Below, in pieces: positions 1 to 9,191 of a DNA stretch of 64,000 nt. The translations under genes were made by a program, and so were the position numbers. The stretch is taken from NCBI GenBank assembly GCA_904501885.1, contig CAJGCP010000003.1, positions 5,182 through 69,181 of the forward strand. The letters run 5' to 3'. Position 1 is the first letter of the stretch, and each line of letters opens with the position of its first letter. The notes beneath the pieces are model-generated. The model searched no databases. It had not been told where the DNA came from and saw nothing but the letters and a program-made list of their open reading frames with translations. The DNA is from an uncultured Acetatifactor sp. Lineage in GTDB: Bacteria; Bacillota; Clostridia; Lachnospirales; Lachnospiraceae.

Positions 1-49
1 TCTACAAAAGGGACAGACAATATATAATACACATAAGCAGGGTAGTAGT

Positions 50-334
50 ATGGGGGATGTTCATATGATTTTGATGGCATCCTATTTGCGAATGCCCATT
101 TTGTTAACTGAAGATTCGGATATTGAGATGTTGCGCGATATAGCGAAGCGACGAATGCGATTAGGACGATATTCGTTGCAAATACTTAATGGTGTTCAAC
201 TTATAGAGGAGATTGCCAAGAAACAGGATTCATCAATAACAGTCAAAGAGATAGAATCAATTTTAAAAGCCATGCGAGAACGAAGCGCTGTTTCAAGTAT
301 AAAAGCAGTATGGCGGAAGAACCATCCTCTGTAA
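50..334 (+). CDS. hypothetical small protein (94 aa)
   Basis: Intact ATG ORF. In-frame stops lie upstream, so it is not a window-edge fragment. No motif could be assigned and the RBS is weak. Confidence 0.3.
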   Translation: MGDVHMILMASYLRMPILLTEDSDIEMLRDIAKRRMRLGRYSLQILNGVQLIEEIAKKQDSSITVKEIESILKAMRERSAVSSIKAVWRKNHPL

Positions 335-346
335 AGGGTGATTTTT

Positions 347-590
347 TGGAACAAATAGAATGCTTATGTAAAAGACTCCAGTGAATAATTTTAGTTACAT
401 ATATTCATGAATCGTTACATTTAAAATCTTTAATGTATTATTCAACTACATCTGATATTCTTCTTCCTTTTGTCCAGATAACAATTTTTCATTAACGAAA
501 TTCCAGTATTGAATAAATGTGGCAACTCTCCTATGTAAGGTGTGAAATTAGGGAATAAATAGAATGTTTATGTAAAGCACTCCAGCGAAT
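347..590. repeat. two ~40-bp direct copies (347-386 and 551-590) of AAATAGAATG(C/T)TTATGTAAA..ACTCCAG(T/C)GAATA
   Basis: Hand alignment of the two intergenic segments. Only the second copy keeps a complementary 3' arm. Confidence 0.6.
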
Positions 591-616
591 ATAATAATTC
601 GCTGGGGTGCTTTTAA
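574..616 (+). terminator. Rho-independent terminator-like hairpin
   Basis: AAAGCACTCCAGCGAAT / TTCGCTGGGGTGCTTT stem with loop ATAATAA, followed by a T-run. Confidence 0.5.
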
Positions 617-715
617 AAAACTTCTTGTTACCTTCCCCATCACAGGATAATCTAATTATTGTAATTACATAGCCGGCTGTTAAAATCTATTACGGAAGGA
701 GCGCGAAAAGTCTGT

Positions 716-1171
716 ATGAACAAGGATGAATTTACCACACGGGTGTTAGAAATGGAAAAGAGCTTGTACTGTGTTTCCAAAACCATTCTATCAAACGACG
801 AGGATTGCAAGGATGCCATACAAGGTACAATTCTGAAGGCTTATAAGAATTTGTCCGATTTGCGGCAGGATTGCTATTTTAAGACATGGATGACACGCAT
901 TCTGCTGAACGAATGCTATGACATTGTCAAAAGAAATAAATATCAGGTCCCTTATGAGGACTATATGGCAGATTTGGAAGAAAAGGAAAATTATTCTGAG
1001 GTCTACATAGAAATTCAGAATTTAGAGGAGAAGTATCGGGTGCCGTTTGTTTTGCATTATGTAGAGGGCTTTTCTTTACGAGAGATTTCCCGAATACTAA
1101 AAACCACTGAAGCAGGAATTAAAATGCGGTTGTTGAGAGCCAGAAGGATGCTGAGGGAACAGCTATTTTAA
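716..1171 (+). CDS. ECF-type RNA polymerase sigma-70 family factor
   Basis: Region 2-like FKTWMTRILLNECYDIVKR and region 4 HTH LREISRILKTTEAGIKMRLLRARRML. The 151-aa size is typical of ECF sigmas. Confidence 0.85.
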   Translation: MNKDEFTTRVLEMEKSLYCVSKTILSNDEDCKDAIQGTILKAYKNLSDLRQDCYFKTWMTRILLNECYDIVKRNKYQVPYEDYMADLEEKENYSEVYIEIQNLEEKYRVPFVLHYVEGFSLREISRILKTTEAGIKMRLLRARRMLREQLF

Positions 1172-1191
1172 AGATGGGATAGGAGGAAAGG

Positions 1192-2709
1192 ATGAAAAAT
1201 TATAATTGGAAAATCGAGATGCCGGAAATTCCGACGAACATTCGTGCAGCGATAGTGGCAACGCTGGAAGAGATAAACGATCTTCCGGATAATAGTACAA
1301 GGATTAGAAGGATTAAAGGGAAATTTTTGTTGCCCTTAGTAGCGATTTTGTGTCTTGCGATAGGAGGAACAGTAGTTGCGGGGGTGAATTTATATCAGCA
1401 GCGCATGGAAGCAATGAACAGGGATATGCTGGAAGATTTTTATACTAAGGCGTATGCTGGAAGTGTATTTCATTATAGCAGAGAATTATCGGATGCAGAA
1501 AGGCGAAGCTACGAGGCTTTGGTAAAGGCATACGAAAATGAAGGAAGATTTCCGCAAGGGATTGTTCGTTACTTAGAGGACTATAAGGATTATAATGGTG
1601 AGGGTATCGGTTTGTACGCCGACAGAAGTACTCTGTTTTTGCCTGATTATGAAATGTCAGAGGAGGAGGTGCTTCAAATCATCGATTTCGAGCACAAGCT
1701 GTCTTATAGTGTGAATACGATTGGCGCGGAAATTGTGGAGGGGGAGTACCACTTTTCTAATGATTATGATCAGTTGGCACCTGAGACGGACGGAAATGAT
1801 ATTATCGCATACGAGGGAACCGTGGGTATTATTTGTGCAACAGAAGGAAAAGAATGCCTGTATATAGCTGGAGATAATATAATTGAGAGAATGACTTTTG
1901 GAGCAAACAAAGGGAAGCCCTTTTACAAGGCCAATTTTGGTGAAAACACGGAAGTATTTACCATGGAAGAAGATATGGAACAGGGATTATATGTGTTAAT
2001 CTTAACAAAGGGAAGAGACAATTATGCGGAAAGCAAAATTTTACATATCGACAAAAATGGAAAACTAATTTATGAAAAGGAAATAAAGGAATATATTGCG
2101 AGTGATATTGCGGTGGATAGTATCGGTCGTCTGTATGTGGAGACTGACACGGAAGTATATGTGTATGATAAAAATGGAGAGCAGGTATGTGCATGGCAAA
2201 TCAAATATAGCCTTCAAAACGGAAGTATGTGCCGTGGAAAGGATGGAAAAGTTTATACGCTCTGCGAAGATAAGCCATTTCAAGCATGCCTTTTGCGTCT
2301 TGACCCGGATGCGGAAGAACAGGTTACAATGGTTGCGTCAGATGGACTTCCCACGGGGACGCCTCATTGTGCAGTGCTGGCGAGGGGGATGGAAACTGAT
2401 TTTGTCATTTGGCGGTATGACGGAGTATATGCATATAATCTCGGAGATAACTTTGTATACAAAGTTATGGAACTCTATGAAGCGCCTCTACCCTGGGAAG
2501 AAGCGGAGTTTATGGTGTTAGAGGATGGAAGATTGGTTTTTATAAAATACTTTGACGCGCTGGTTGAAGAAGGGGAGGGGATGAAGATAATGCCTATTCC
2601 GCAATCCATCAGGATGTGTTATGTGAGTTGCCCTAAAGTAAGTTTGAAAGATAAAGTTGTCTTTGGGCGTTCTTCCGAGGCGGCTTCGAAAGAGGAATTA
2701 AAAGAATAA
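1192..2709 (+). CDS. putative anti-sigma factor, single-pass membrane protein with a large extracytoplasmic domain
   Basis: Lies 20 nt downstream of the ECF sigma gene. Short cytoplasmic N-terminus, one TM (LLPLVAILCLAIGGTVVAGV) and a ~430-aa outside domain. No ZAS motif. The call rests on position only. Confidence 0.45.
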   Translation: MKNYNWKIEMPEIPTNIRAAIVATLEEINDLPDNSTRIRRIKGKFLLPLVAILCLAIGGTVVAGVNLYQQRMEAMNRDMLEDFYTKAYAGSVFHYSRELSDAERRSYEALVKAYENEGRFPQGIVRYLEDYKDYNGEGIGLYADRSTLFLPDYEMSEEEVLQIIDFEHKLSYSVNTIGAEIVEGEYHFSNDYDQLAPETDGNDIIAYEGTVGIICATEGKECLYIAGDNIIERMTFGANKGKPFYKANFGENTEVFTMEEDMEQGLYVLILTKGRDNYAESKILHIDKNGKLIYEKEIKEYIASDIAVDSIGRLYVETDTEVYVYDKNGEQVCAWQIKYSLQNGSMCRGKDGKVYTLCEDKPFQACLLRLDPDAEEQVTMVASDGLPTGTPHCAVLARGMETDFVIWRYDGVYAYNLGDNFVYKVMELYEAPLPWEEAEFMVLEDGRLVFIKYFDALVEEGEGMKIMPIPQSIRMCYVSCPKVSLKDKVVFGRSSEAASKEELKE

Positions 2710-2741
2710 GAAAACAGAGGCGATAAAACTGTTGACAACAG

Positions 2742-2790
2742 AGACCACAGGTGGTAGTCTATAGGCGAGACTACTGCTTGTGGTCTTTTG
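2742..2790 (+). terminator. terminator-like hairpin after the sigma/anti-sigma pair
   Basis: AGACCACA..GTAGTC / GACTAC..TGTGGTCT stem with an internal mismatch, then a short T-run. Confidence 0.45.
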
Positions 2791-2860
2791 GTTAAATGAG
2801 AAATATGTGCTGATAGATAATTGAGTACACATATAACGCATGATAAAGGAGGATACATAG

Positions 2861-3220
2861 ATGGAAATTCAATTGGGAGTAATTGAGGCGCGTTACGCAG
2901 ATATGATTTGGGAGCATGAGCCGGTGACATCGTCGGAATTGGTGAAGATGACAGCGGTGGAGTTTCAGTGGAAACGCACCACGGCGCACAATGTGTTGCG
3001 GAGGTTGATAGATAAGGGACTGTTCCGGAACGATAACGGATTGGTGACTTCCGTGATGTCCAGGGAAGAGTTTTATGCGAGACAGAGCAAACAATACGTG
3101 GAAGACTCTTTTTCGGGCTCGTTGCCTGCGTTTATCGCAGCGTTTACACAAAATGCAAAATTGACACCGGAAGAGGCCCAGGCAATCCGTCAAATGATTG
3201 ACCAAGCGGAGGAAAAGTGA
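2861..3220 (+). CDS. BlaI/MecI/CopY family transcriptional repressor
   Basis: 119-aa winged-helix protein. It matches the family pattern (..E..IM..LW......S.ELV...) and overlaps the downstream M56 gene, as blaI-blaR1 pairs do. Confidence 0.85.
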   Translation: MEIQLGVIEARYADMIWEHEPVTSSELVKMTAVEFQWKRTTAHNVLRRLIDKGLFRNDNGLVTSVMSREEFYARQSKQYVEDSFSGSLPAFIAAFTQNAKLTPEEAQAIRQMIDQAEEK

Positions 3221-6039
3221 TGCAGGGAGTGATGATGGGAGATTTGTTTTTCAAATTGCTAAATATCAGTATTACTGCAGGGTGGCTTATTTTGGCGATT
3301 GTTTGCGTGCGCCTTCTTTTCAAAAAAATGCCCAAGTGGGTCAGTTGTATGTTGTGGGGAATAGTGGCAGTTCGGTTGATTTTCCCATTTTCTGTTGAAA
3401 GTGCTTTCAGCTTACAGCCCAGTGCCGAGCCCATCAAGTCCAGCACGATTGTTGAGGGGCAGGTATTAAACTATAGACCTTCGGTTAACAGCGGTCTGCC
3501 TGCGATAGATGACGCGGTGAACCCGGCATTGTTTGAGATGTTTGATTACCCGCCGATGCGCAGTGTCGCACCTTTGCAGATTGTTACCGCTGTTGCGGTA
3601 AATGTTTGGCTGTTGGGAATGATTTTGCTTGTTTTGTTTGCGGCCATCAGTGTGTTGCGCCTGCGCTTTCAGGTTCGAGAGTCGGTGCGTCATACGGCAA
3701 ACATTTTCCTATGTGACCGGGTGCAATCCCCTTTTATTTTAGGAAGCATCAGGCCGAGGGTGTACCTGCCGTCCAGCCTTTCTCAAGAGGAAATGGAGTA
3801 TGTCATTGCCCATGAGAAAGCACATTTACGCAGAAAGGATCACTGGTGGAAGCCGATAGGGTACCTGCTTTTGTGCGTATATTGGTTCCAGCCGCTTTGT
3901 TGGCTGGCATATATTTTGCTGTGCAAAGACATAGAATTAGCATGTGACGAAAAAGTGATTCGCCAAATGAGTATGGAAGACAAAAAAGAGTACTCACGGG
4001 TACTGTTGTCCTGCGCGACGCAAAGGCACCTGGTGGTAACTTGCCCTTTGGCGTTCGGTGAAGTGGGGGTAAAGGAAAGGGTGAAAACGGTTTTAAATTA
4101 TAAAAAGCCTGCGTTTTGGATTACGGTAGCGGCCATTGTGCTCTGTGTGGTGGTGGCGGTCTGTTTTTTGACCACTCCGGAAGAAAGTTCGGAGAAAGAC
4201 GCCTGGGTGGACGAATGGAATGCTGATGCTACCGATGCAGAAGGAGCGGAAGGAACCGGTGCGTGGGTGACCGAAGAAATCCACCTAGAAAAACGGGATG
4301 TGACCCACGATGGTGTGGAGGATTTTATTGTCACTTCCATGAAATACGACCCGTCCATCATTAATCCGAATCTGCCATTGAAAGAGAAAATTGCACAGCA
4401 AATCAGGTACGACGTGGTGAACGTAGCGATATATGACGGACAGGGAAGTTCCGATGAGTATAATGAGGAACAATTTCTTTGGTCACAGGATTATTCCTGG
4501 GTGCATGTGGGGAATGGTCAGGTAAGCGTCGTGCAGGCGGATGGCAAAGACTATCTGCTCACCAGTAATCTTTGGGCAGGACAGGGAACTGCAAGATGGA
4601 ATTATGAAGTTTTCTCGTTAAATTCTCTGGGTGAAAAAAATGTTGTGGAACAGCAGTCCATTGAATTTGATATAAATACAGAGGATGCTAGTGGAGAGCG
4701 CAGGACATTTAGAGAGTCCATAAACAAGTATATCAATGATGGCACCCTGATTGTAGCCTGTGATGTGGATCAGGATGTCGAGAATCAGTTTGTCAGTACC
4801 GATGAGGAAACATATGTACCGCTGGATTATTATGGTCAGGCACTTGTGAAGTTTGATGTATTGGAAGAAAACGAAACATCAGCAGAAGGATTTGTTACAA
4901 TAGATGTCTCTAAGATTGCGGAAATTGAGATAACAAACGGCAATACCGGTGTGCGGAAGAAACTTACACCGAAAGAGCAGTATTCGCAGGAGTATTATAA
5001 CTATAATGACTTGGTAAAACTGTATCGCCAGTTGGGACTTACCTCGCAATATGAGCCTAATTCCAGGGTTGGATATCAGTACTGTATGTGGTTGAAGGAT
5101 GCAGAAGGCAGTGTTTTGCAGACGGTTACTCCATACAAGGATGGGTTGACGGTGGATGGAATCTTCTACCAATACGATGATACGGATGAAAATGCAGCGG
5201 CATCTTTGCGGCTGATGGAATTTATGGAGTACATTTTTCAGCAGGATATATGTTCTTTACCGAAGGCACCTGACTATCTGTGGCCTACTGCCAGTCAAAC
5301 GGTATCTACCACTTTTGGGGAGCACGAAAATGGTGTTACGACGGAGCATATAAACATTGCCGGAGCGGAAGGAGATGATGTGATTGCCATAGCAGACGGC
5401 AAAATTCTGGAAACAGGCTACGAGTCAACGGTGGGTAGTTATATTATCTTGGATTTGGGAAATGGAGTGCATGCAAAATATGGGCATTTAGAGAAAGTAA
5501 TCGCGTACAAGGGGATGGAAGTGTCTCAAGGTCAAATGATTGGAATACTGGGTAAAACAGGCATGGCTACGGGACCTAATTTACTATTTGCTATTTATGT
5601 GAACGGGACTGCAGTGGATCCTTTGACTTATGAAGGCGGAATTGATGGAAATTGTGTTTTGGTGTTAACTGACCCGAATTGGGGCATCAAGCTAGCGGCA
5701 GAGAATGTTACATCAACCGGTGTAACAATCCACTGTGCCCAATCCGGCGGGGAGCCAACCGGCGAGTTGCGGACGGGAAGTTATTATGTGATTGAAAAAT
5801 ACGTAGAAGGAGTCTGGGAAAAAGTAGAATACTTGCCCCATGAACATGAGATTGCTTGGACCGCCGAGGCATGGACAATTCCCAAGGATGAAGTACGCCA
5901 ATGGGAAGTGAATTGGGAATGGTTATATGGGGAACTCCAGAAAGGTCGATACAGAATAGGTAAGGAAATTATGGATTTTAGAGGTACCGGCGATTATGAT
6001 CAAGCGCTGCATTATGCGGAGTTTGAGATAAAGAATTAA
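3217..6039 (+). CDS. BlaR1/MecR1-like M56 peptidase signal transducer with a large extracellular region containing a degenerate M23 (LytM-like) domain
   Basis: N-terminal TM helices. HExxH zinc motif HEKAH at nt 3811-3825 in the context VIAHEKAHLRRKDHWWK. M23-like block at ~5290-5630 (..YGHLEKV..GQMIGILGKTGMATGPNLLFAIYVNGTAVDP). Confidence 0.8.
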   Translation: MMQGVMMGDLFFKLLNISITAGWLILAIVCVRLLFKKMPKWVSCMLWGIVAVRLIFPFSVESAFSLQPSAEPIKSSTIVEGQVLNYRPSVNSGLPAIDDAVNPALFEMFDYPPMRSVAPLQIVTAVAVNVWLLGMILLVLFAAISVLRLRFQVRESVRHTANIFLCDRVQSPFILGSIRPRVYLPSSLSQEEMEYVIAHEKAHLRRKDHWWKPIGYLLLCVYWFQPLCWLAYILLCKDIELACDEKVIRQMSMEDKKEYSRVLLSCATQRHLVVTCPLAFGEVGVKERVKTVLNYKKPAFWITVAAIVLCVVVAVCFLTTPEESSEKDAWVDEWNADATDAEGAEGTGAWVTEEIHLEKRDVTHDGVEDFIVTSMKYDPSIINPNLPLKEKIAQQIRYDVVNVAIYDGQGSSDEYNEEQFLWSQDYSWVHVGNGQVSVVQADGKDYLLTSNLWAGQGTARWNYEVFSLNSLGEKNVVEQQSIEFDINTEDASGERRTFRESINKYINDGTLIVACDVDQDVENQFVSTDEETYVPLDYYGQALVKFDVLEENETSAEGFVTIDVSKIAEIEITNGNTGVRKKLTPKEQYSQEYYNYNDLVKLYRQLGLTSQYEPNSRVGYQYCMWLKDAEGSVLQTVTPYKDGLTVDGIFYQYDDTDENAAASLRLMEFMEYIFQQDICSLPKAPDYLWPTASQTVSTTFGEHENGVTTEHINIAGAEGDDVIAIADGKILETGYESTVGSYIILDLGNGVHAKYGHLEKVIAYKGMEVSQGQMIGILGKTGMATGPNLLFAIYVNGTAVDPLTYEGGIDGNCVLVLTDPNWGIKLAAENVTSTGVTIHCAQSGGEPTGELRTGSYYVIEKYVEGVWEKVEYLPHEHEIAWTAEAWTIPKDEVRQWEVNWEWLYGELQKGRYRIGKEIMDFRGTGDYDQALHYAEFEIKN

Positions 6040-6064
6040 ATAGTTCAATCCGGACAGAACGGTT

Positions 6065-6346
6065 GTGACACTGCCGTTTGTGAAAAAAGTCGCGAAAAAA
6101 AGTGACATTAAAAAAGTGACAGTAAAAAGTGACAGTAAAATAGTGACGGTAAAAACACAAGCACACTATGATTTGATTCTTTCATATATGAAGGATGATG
6201 TGTGGTATAAAGCAAGTGAATTGGTAGAAGTTTTGGGAGTTAGAGAAACGAGAACAAAAGCGTTGCTTAGAACACTTGTCGAAGAAGGCATGCTTATAGA
6301 CAATGGCATGATTAAAGGACGTAAATACAAAAGAAAACAGAGATAA
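6065..6346 (+). CDS. small winged-helix (wHTH) DNA-binding protein, start uncertain
   Basis: The C-terminal part ASELVEVLGVRETRTKALLRTLVEEGMLIDNG..GRKYKRK looks like a wHTH. The N-terminus is encoded by a DNA repeat. No clear RBS at GTG 6065. Confidence 0.4.
   Translation: MTLPFVKKVAKKSDIKKVTVKSDSKIVTVKTQAHYDLILSYMKDDVWYKASELVEVLGVRETRTKALLRTLVEEGMLIDNGMIKGRKYKRKQR
6085..6160. repeat. A-tract + GTGAC periodic repeat (~13-14 bp period, 4-5 copies)
   Basis: AAAAAAGTGACATT / AAAAAGTGACAGT / AAAAGTGACAGT / AAAATAGTGACGGT, with GTGAC at 6102, 6116, 6129 and 6143. Confidence 0.7.
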
Positions 6347-6375
6347 CAATTAATACGGAAGGCATAGAATCAAAG

Positions 6376-6421
6376 AACCACAAGAATAGTTCACAAGAGA
6401 CTATTTCTTGTGGTTTTTTTG
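6376..6421 (+). terminator. Rho-independent terminator
   Basis: AACCACAAGAATAGT / ACTATTTCTTGTGGTT stem followed by TTTTTT. Confidence 0.75.
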
Positions 6422-6467
6422 TGCCCAATGTGGTACACTATAACCAATTATTACCGATCCCTTAGGG

Positions 6468-8039
6468 ATGGAAAAAGAGAATAAATTATGGGAGGAGATG
6501 GCATTTGTGAAAAAGATATTTCCTGCTATTTTACTTATTATAAGTTTGATGTTAACAGGTTGTGGTTTGGGCCAGGGACGACAGAATGAGCCGGCCCCCA
6601 TATTGAACGAATATTTGACCCATTTGGATTTTTTGGCAACCCCGGTGCGTGAATACGGTGAAGGTACGGCGGTGGTGCAAATGGAAAAACATCTGATGGT
6701 GCGTATTATGTATCCGGAAGGTGAAATTCAGACGTTGAATGAAGAAATGGAATCTTGGATACAGGAAACAATTGCCTATTACGAGGAGGATTCCGGAACT
6801 GTTCCGGAGGGACAGGAAAATGCGGAATTGACGGCTGACTATAACAGTTATTTGGTGGATGATCAATGGGTAAGTGTAGAGATACGAGGTATCTATGAGA
6901 AACCTTTTAATGCCCATCCTGAGGATATTGTGATCACTTTCCATGCGAACTTGCTCACCGGTCAGTTGGTTAGCTTAGACGAGGTCCTACTGCCAGGCGG
7001 AAGAGAGCGCCTGCAAGAATTGGTGATTGAAGATGCGGGCATAGAGCCTGAAGTGGTGGACGAGTATCTGTTGGACAACTGGAAACTGACAGCTGATGGC
7101 ATTGAGATTATTCTGGAGCGCGGCGCTTATTTGCCTATGTCTGCAGGAACCGTTACATTGCCGTACACCTATGATGATTTGGAAGACATCCTTTCGTTAG
7201 AGGACGGGCAGAACGCTGGTCATGAAAATCCTTCAACGGACGAAGGGCAGGATTCCTTGTCGGGTGACCCCGATGGAAGTGACGTGGCAGATGACACGGC
7301 AGAGGGGACGAAAGATGGAAGCGTAGAGGACAACACCCATAGGCAACAGTCTAAATTGCCCGGGATGGAAAACAGTGAAAAAGATGGAGCATCTGCCCAG
7401 GACGGAAACGCCTCTAATGGACACGGTGAAGTGTCTAAATCGCGCATTGCTCTGACCTTTGACGATGGCCCCAGTAAATATACGGACCGATTGTTGGACG
7501 CCTTTGCAACCCACGGAGGCAAGGGAACATTTTTTGTGGTGGGTAACTTGGTGGACACCCGCGTGGACACTCTGAAACGAATGGTGAGTGAAGGTCATCA
7601 GGTGGCAGGACACAGTTGGGATCACAGACAGTTGACCAAGTTAAACAGACAGGATGTGACAAATCAAATTATGAATACTCGCGCCAAGATTTACGATGTG
7701 ACCGGCGTGGATGCAACCACCATAAGACCACCCTATGGCTCATATAATGATGAGGTCAAGGCGGTTTGTGTGGAAGTGGGTGTGGCCATGATTAACTGGT
7801 CCGTAGATACTTTGGATTGGAAGACGAAGAATGCAGACATGGTCTATGATGTGATTATGTCGGAGGCAAAGGATGGTGCCATTATCCTGTGCCACGACTT
7901 ATATGGTTCCACGGTGGAAGCAATGGAACGGGCCATTCCGGATTTGCTGGCAGCAGGCTATGAACTGGTGACTGTGGCCGAACTTTTAACCGGAGATGGA
8001 CAGGTCATTGAAGCAGGAAATGTGTATAACCGAAGATAA
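6468..8039 (+). CDS. PdaC-like lipoprotein: RsiV-like (DUF4163/DUF3298-type) domain + NodB polysaccharide/peptidoglycan deacetylase
   Basis: Lipobox LMLTGC. NodB motifs LTFDDGP, GHSWDH and PPYG. The true start is probably 6498-6507 (MAFVKK / GTG after GGGAGGAG). Confidence 0.8.
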   Translation: MEKENKLWEEMAFVKKIFPAILLIISLMLTGCGLGQGRQNEPAPILNEYLTHLDFLATPVREYGEGTAVVQMEKHLMVRIMYPEGEIQTLNEEMESWIQETIAYYEEDSGTVPEGQENAELTADYNSYLVDDQWVSVEIRGIYEKPFNAHPEDIVITFHANLLTGQLVSLDEVLLPGGRERLQELVIEDAGIEPEVVDEYLLDNWKLTADGIEIILERGAYLPMSAGTVTLPYTYDDLEDILSLEDGQNAGHENPSTDEGQDSLSGDPDGSDVADDTAEGTKDGSVEDNTHRQQSKLPGMENSEKDGASAQDGNASNGHGEVSKSRIALTFDDGPSKYTDRLLDAFATHGGKGTFFVVGNLVDTRVDTLKRMVSEGHQVAGHSWDHRQLTKLNRQDVTNQIMNTRAKIYDVTGVDATTIRPPYGSYNDEVKAVCVEVGVAMINWSVDTLDWKTKNADMVYDVIMSEAKDGAIILCHDLYGSTVEAMERAIPDLLAAGYELVTVAELLTGDGQVIEAGNVYNRR

Positions 8040-8113
8040 AAAACAATTGAGAAAGTACGTATTGCGAAATATAGCAATGTTATAAAAATTCCTTAATAAC
8101 CGGAGAATTTAAT

Positions 8114-9124
8114 ATGAGAATGAACAAGAAAAATGGTACGGTATCCAAACTGCTGGTTGGTTTGGCGGTGACCGTTGCCTTGGGATTTGGCGCCACCCGA
8201 ACGCCGGAGGATGGGCAAGAGACAGTTGTGCTGGAGAACTCGTTAGTAGCTGAAACGATAGAGAACAGTGCACAGGCTGAAACAGGAAATCAAGATGCAT
8301 CGGCAGTAGAGAGTCCATCCACATCAGACGCCCCCATATCCGAAATGGAAATCCATTTTATCGACGTGGAGCAGGGGGACGCCACTTTAATCAAAGTGGA
8401 CGACCACTATATGCTCATCGACGCAGGCGACAATAGCATGGGTACCAAGGTTCAATTATATTTGACCAAGCAGGGTGTGAAAAAATTGGACTATCTGATC
8501 TTGACCCACACCGACGCAGACCACATCGGCGGCGCGGATGTGGTGGTAACAAAATTTGATATTGACACCATCTTCATGGGGGATTATAAAAAGGATAATA
8601 AGACTTACAATGAACTGATAGAAGCGATGAAGTACAAATCCCTGACGCACTCTATCCCCGAGGTGGGAGCGCAGTATCAACTGGGGGATGCCACCTTTAC
8701 CATTTTGGGACCCAAGGAAGTTTATGACGACCCCAATAACACCAGCATTGCGTTGAAACTGACCCATGGTGAAAACACCTTCCTGTTCAGTGGCGATGCA
8801 GAAGCGGAGGCGGAGGCAGACATTCTGGACACGGGATTGGATTTGGATGTGGATGTGTATCATGCGGGACATCACGGAAGCAGTACATCTTCCACCACAG
8901 AATTTTTGGACGCCATGACACCGGAGTATGCGGTGATTAGCTGTAAGGAAGGAAATAGCTATGGTCACCCTCATGCGGAGACACTGATCAATTTCCGAGC
9001 CAAAGGAATACAGGTGTTCCGTACAGACGAACAGGGTAGTGTGGTGGCCTTCAGCGATGGAGAAAACATTACTTGGAACTGCGCACCCAGCGACAGCTGG
9101 CAGGCGGGTGAGCGAGGACAGTAA
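8114..9124 (+). CDS. secreted or membrane-anchored MBL-fold hydrolase (ComEC C-terminal domain-like)
   Basis: N-terminal hydrophobic segment. HFIDVEQGDATLI and LILTHTDADHIGG motifs typical of ComEC/Rec2-type metallo-beta-lactamase domains. Confidence 0.7.
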   Translation: MRMNKKNGTVSKLLVGLAVTVALGFGATRTPEDGQETVVLENSLVAETIENSAQAETGNQDASAVESPSTSDAPISEMEIHFIDVEQGDATLIKVDDHYMLIDAGDNSMGTKVQLYLTKQGVKKLDYLILTHTDADHIGGADVVVTKFDIDTIFMGDYKKDNKTYNELIEAMKYKSLTHSIPEVGAQYQLGDATFTILGPKEVYDDPNNTSIALKLTHGENTFLFSGDAEAEAEADILDTGLDLDVDVYHAGHHGSSTSSTTEFLDAMTPEYAVISCKEGNSYGHPHAETLINFRAKGIQVFRTDEQGSVVAFSDGENITWNCAPSDSWQAGERGQ

Positions 9125-9191
9125 TCATATTGAAACGGGCGAAAACGAGGACGGCAATGCAGCCGGTTCCGACGGAAGAGAGAGGTAAATA

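Noticed and set aside
2096-2521. 141-aa alternative-frame ORF, plus minus-strand ORFs, inside the anti-sigma candidate gene.
   Set aside because: They are fully nested in a longer ORF that is positionally coupled to the sigma gene. They have no RBS or motifs.
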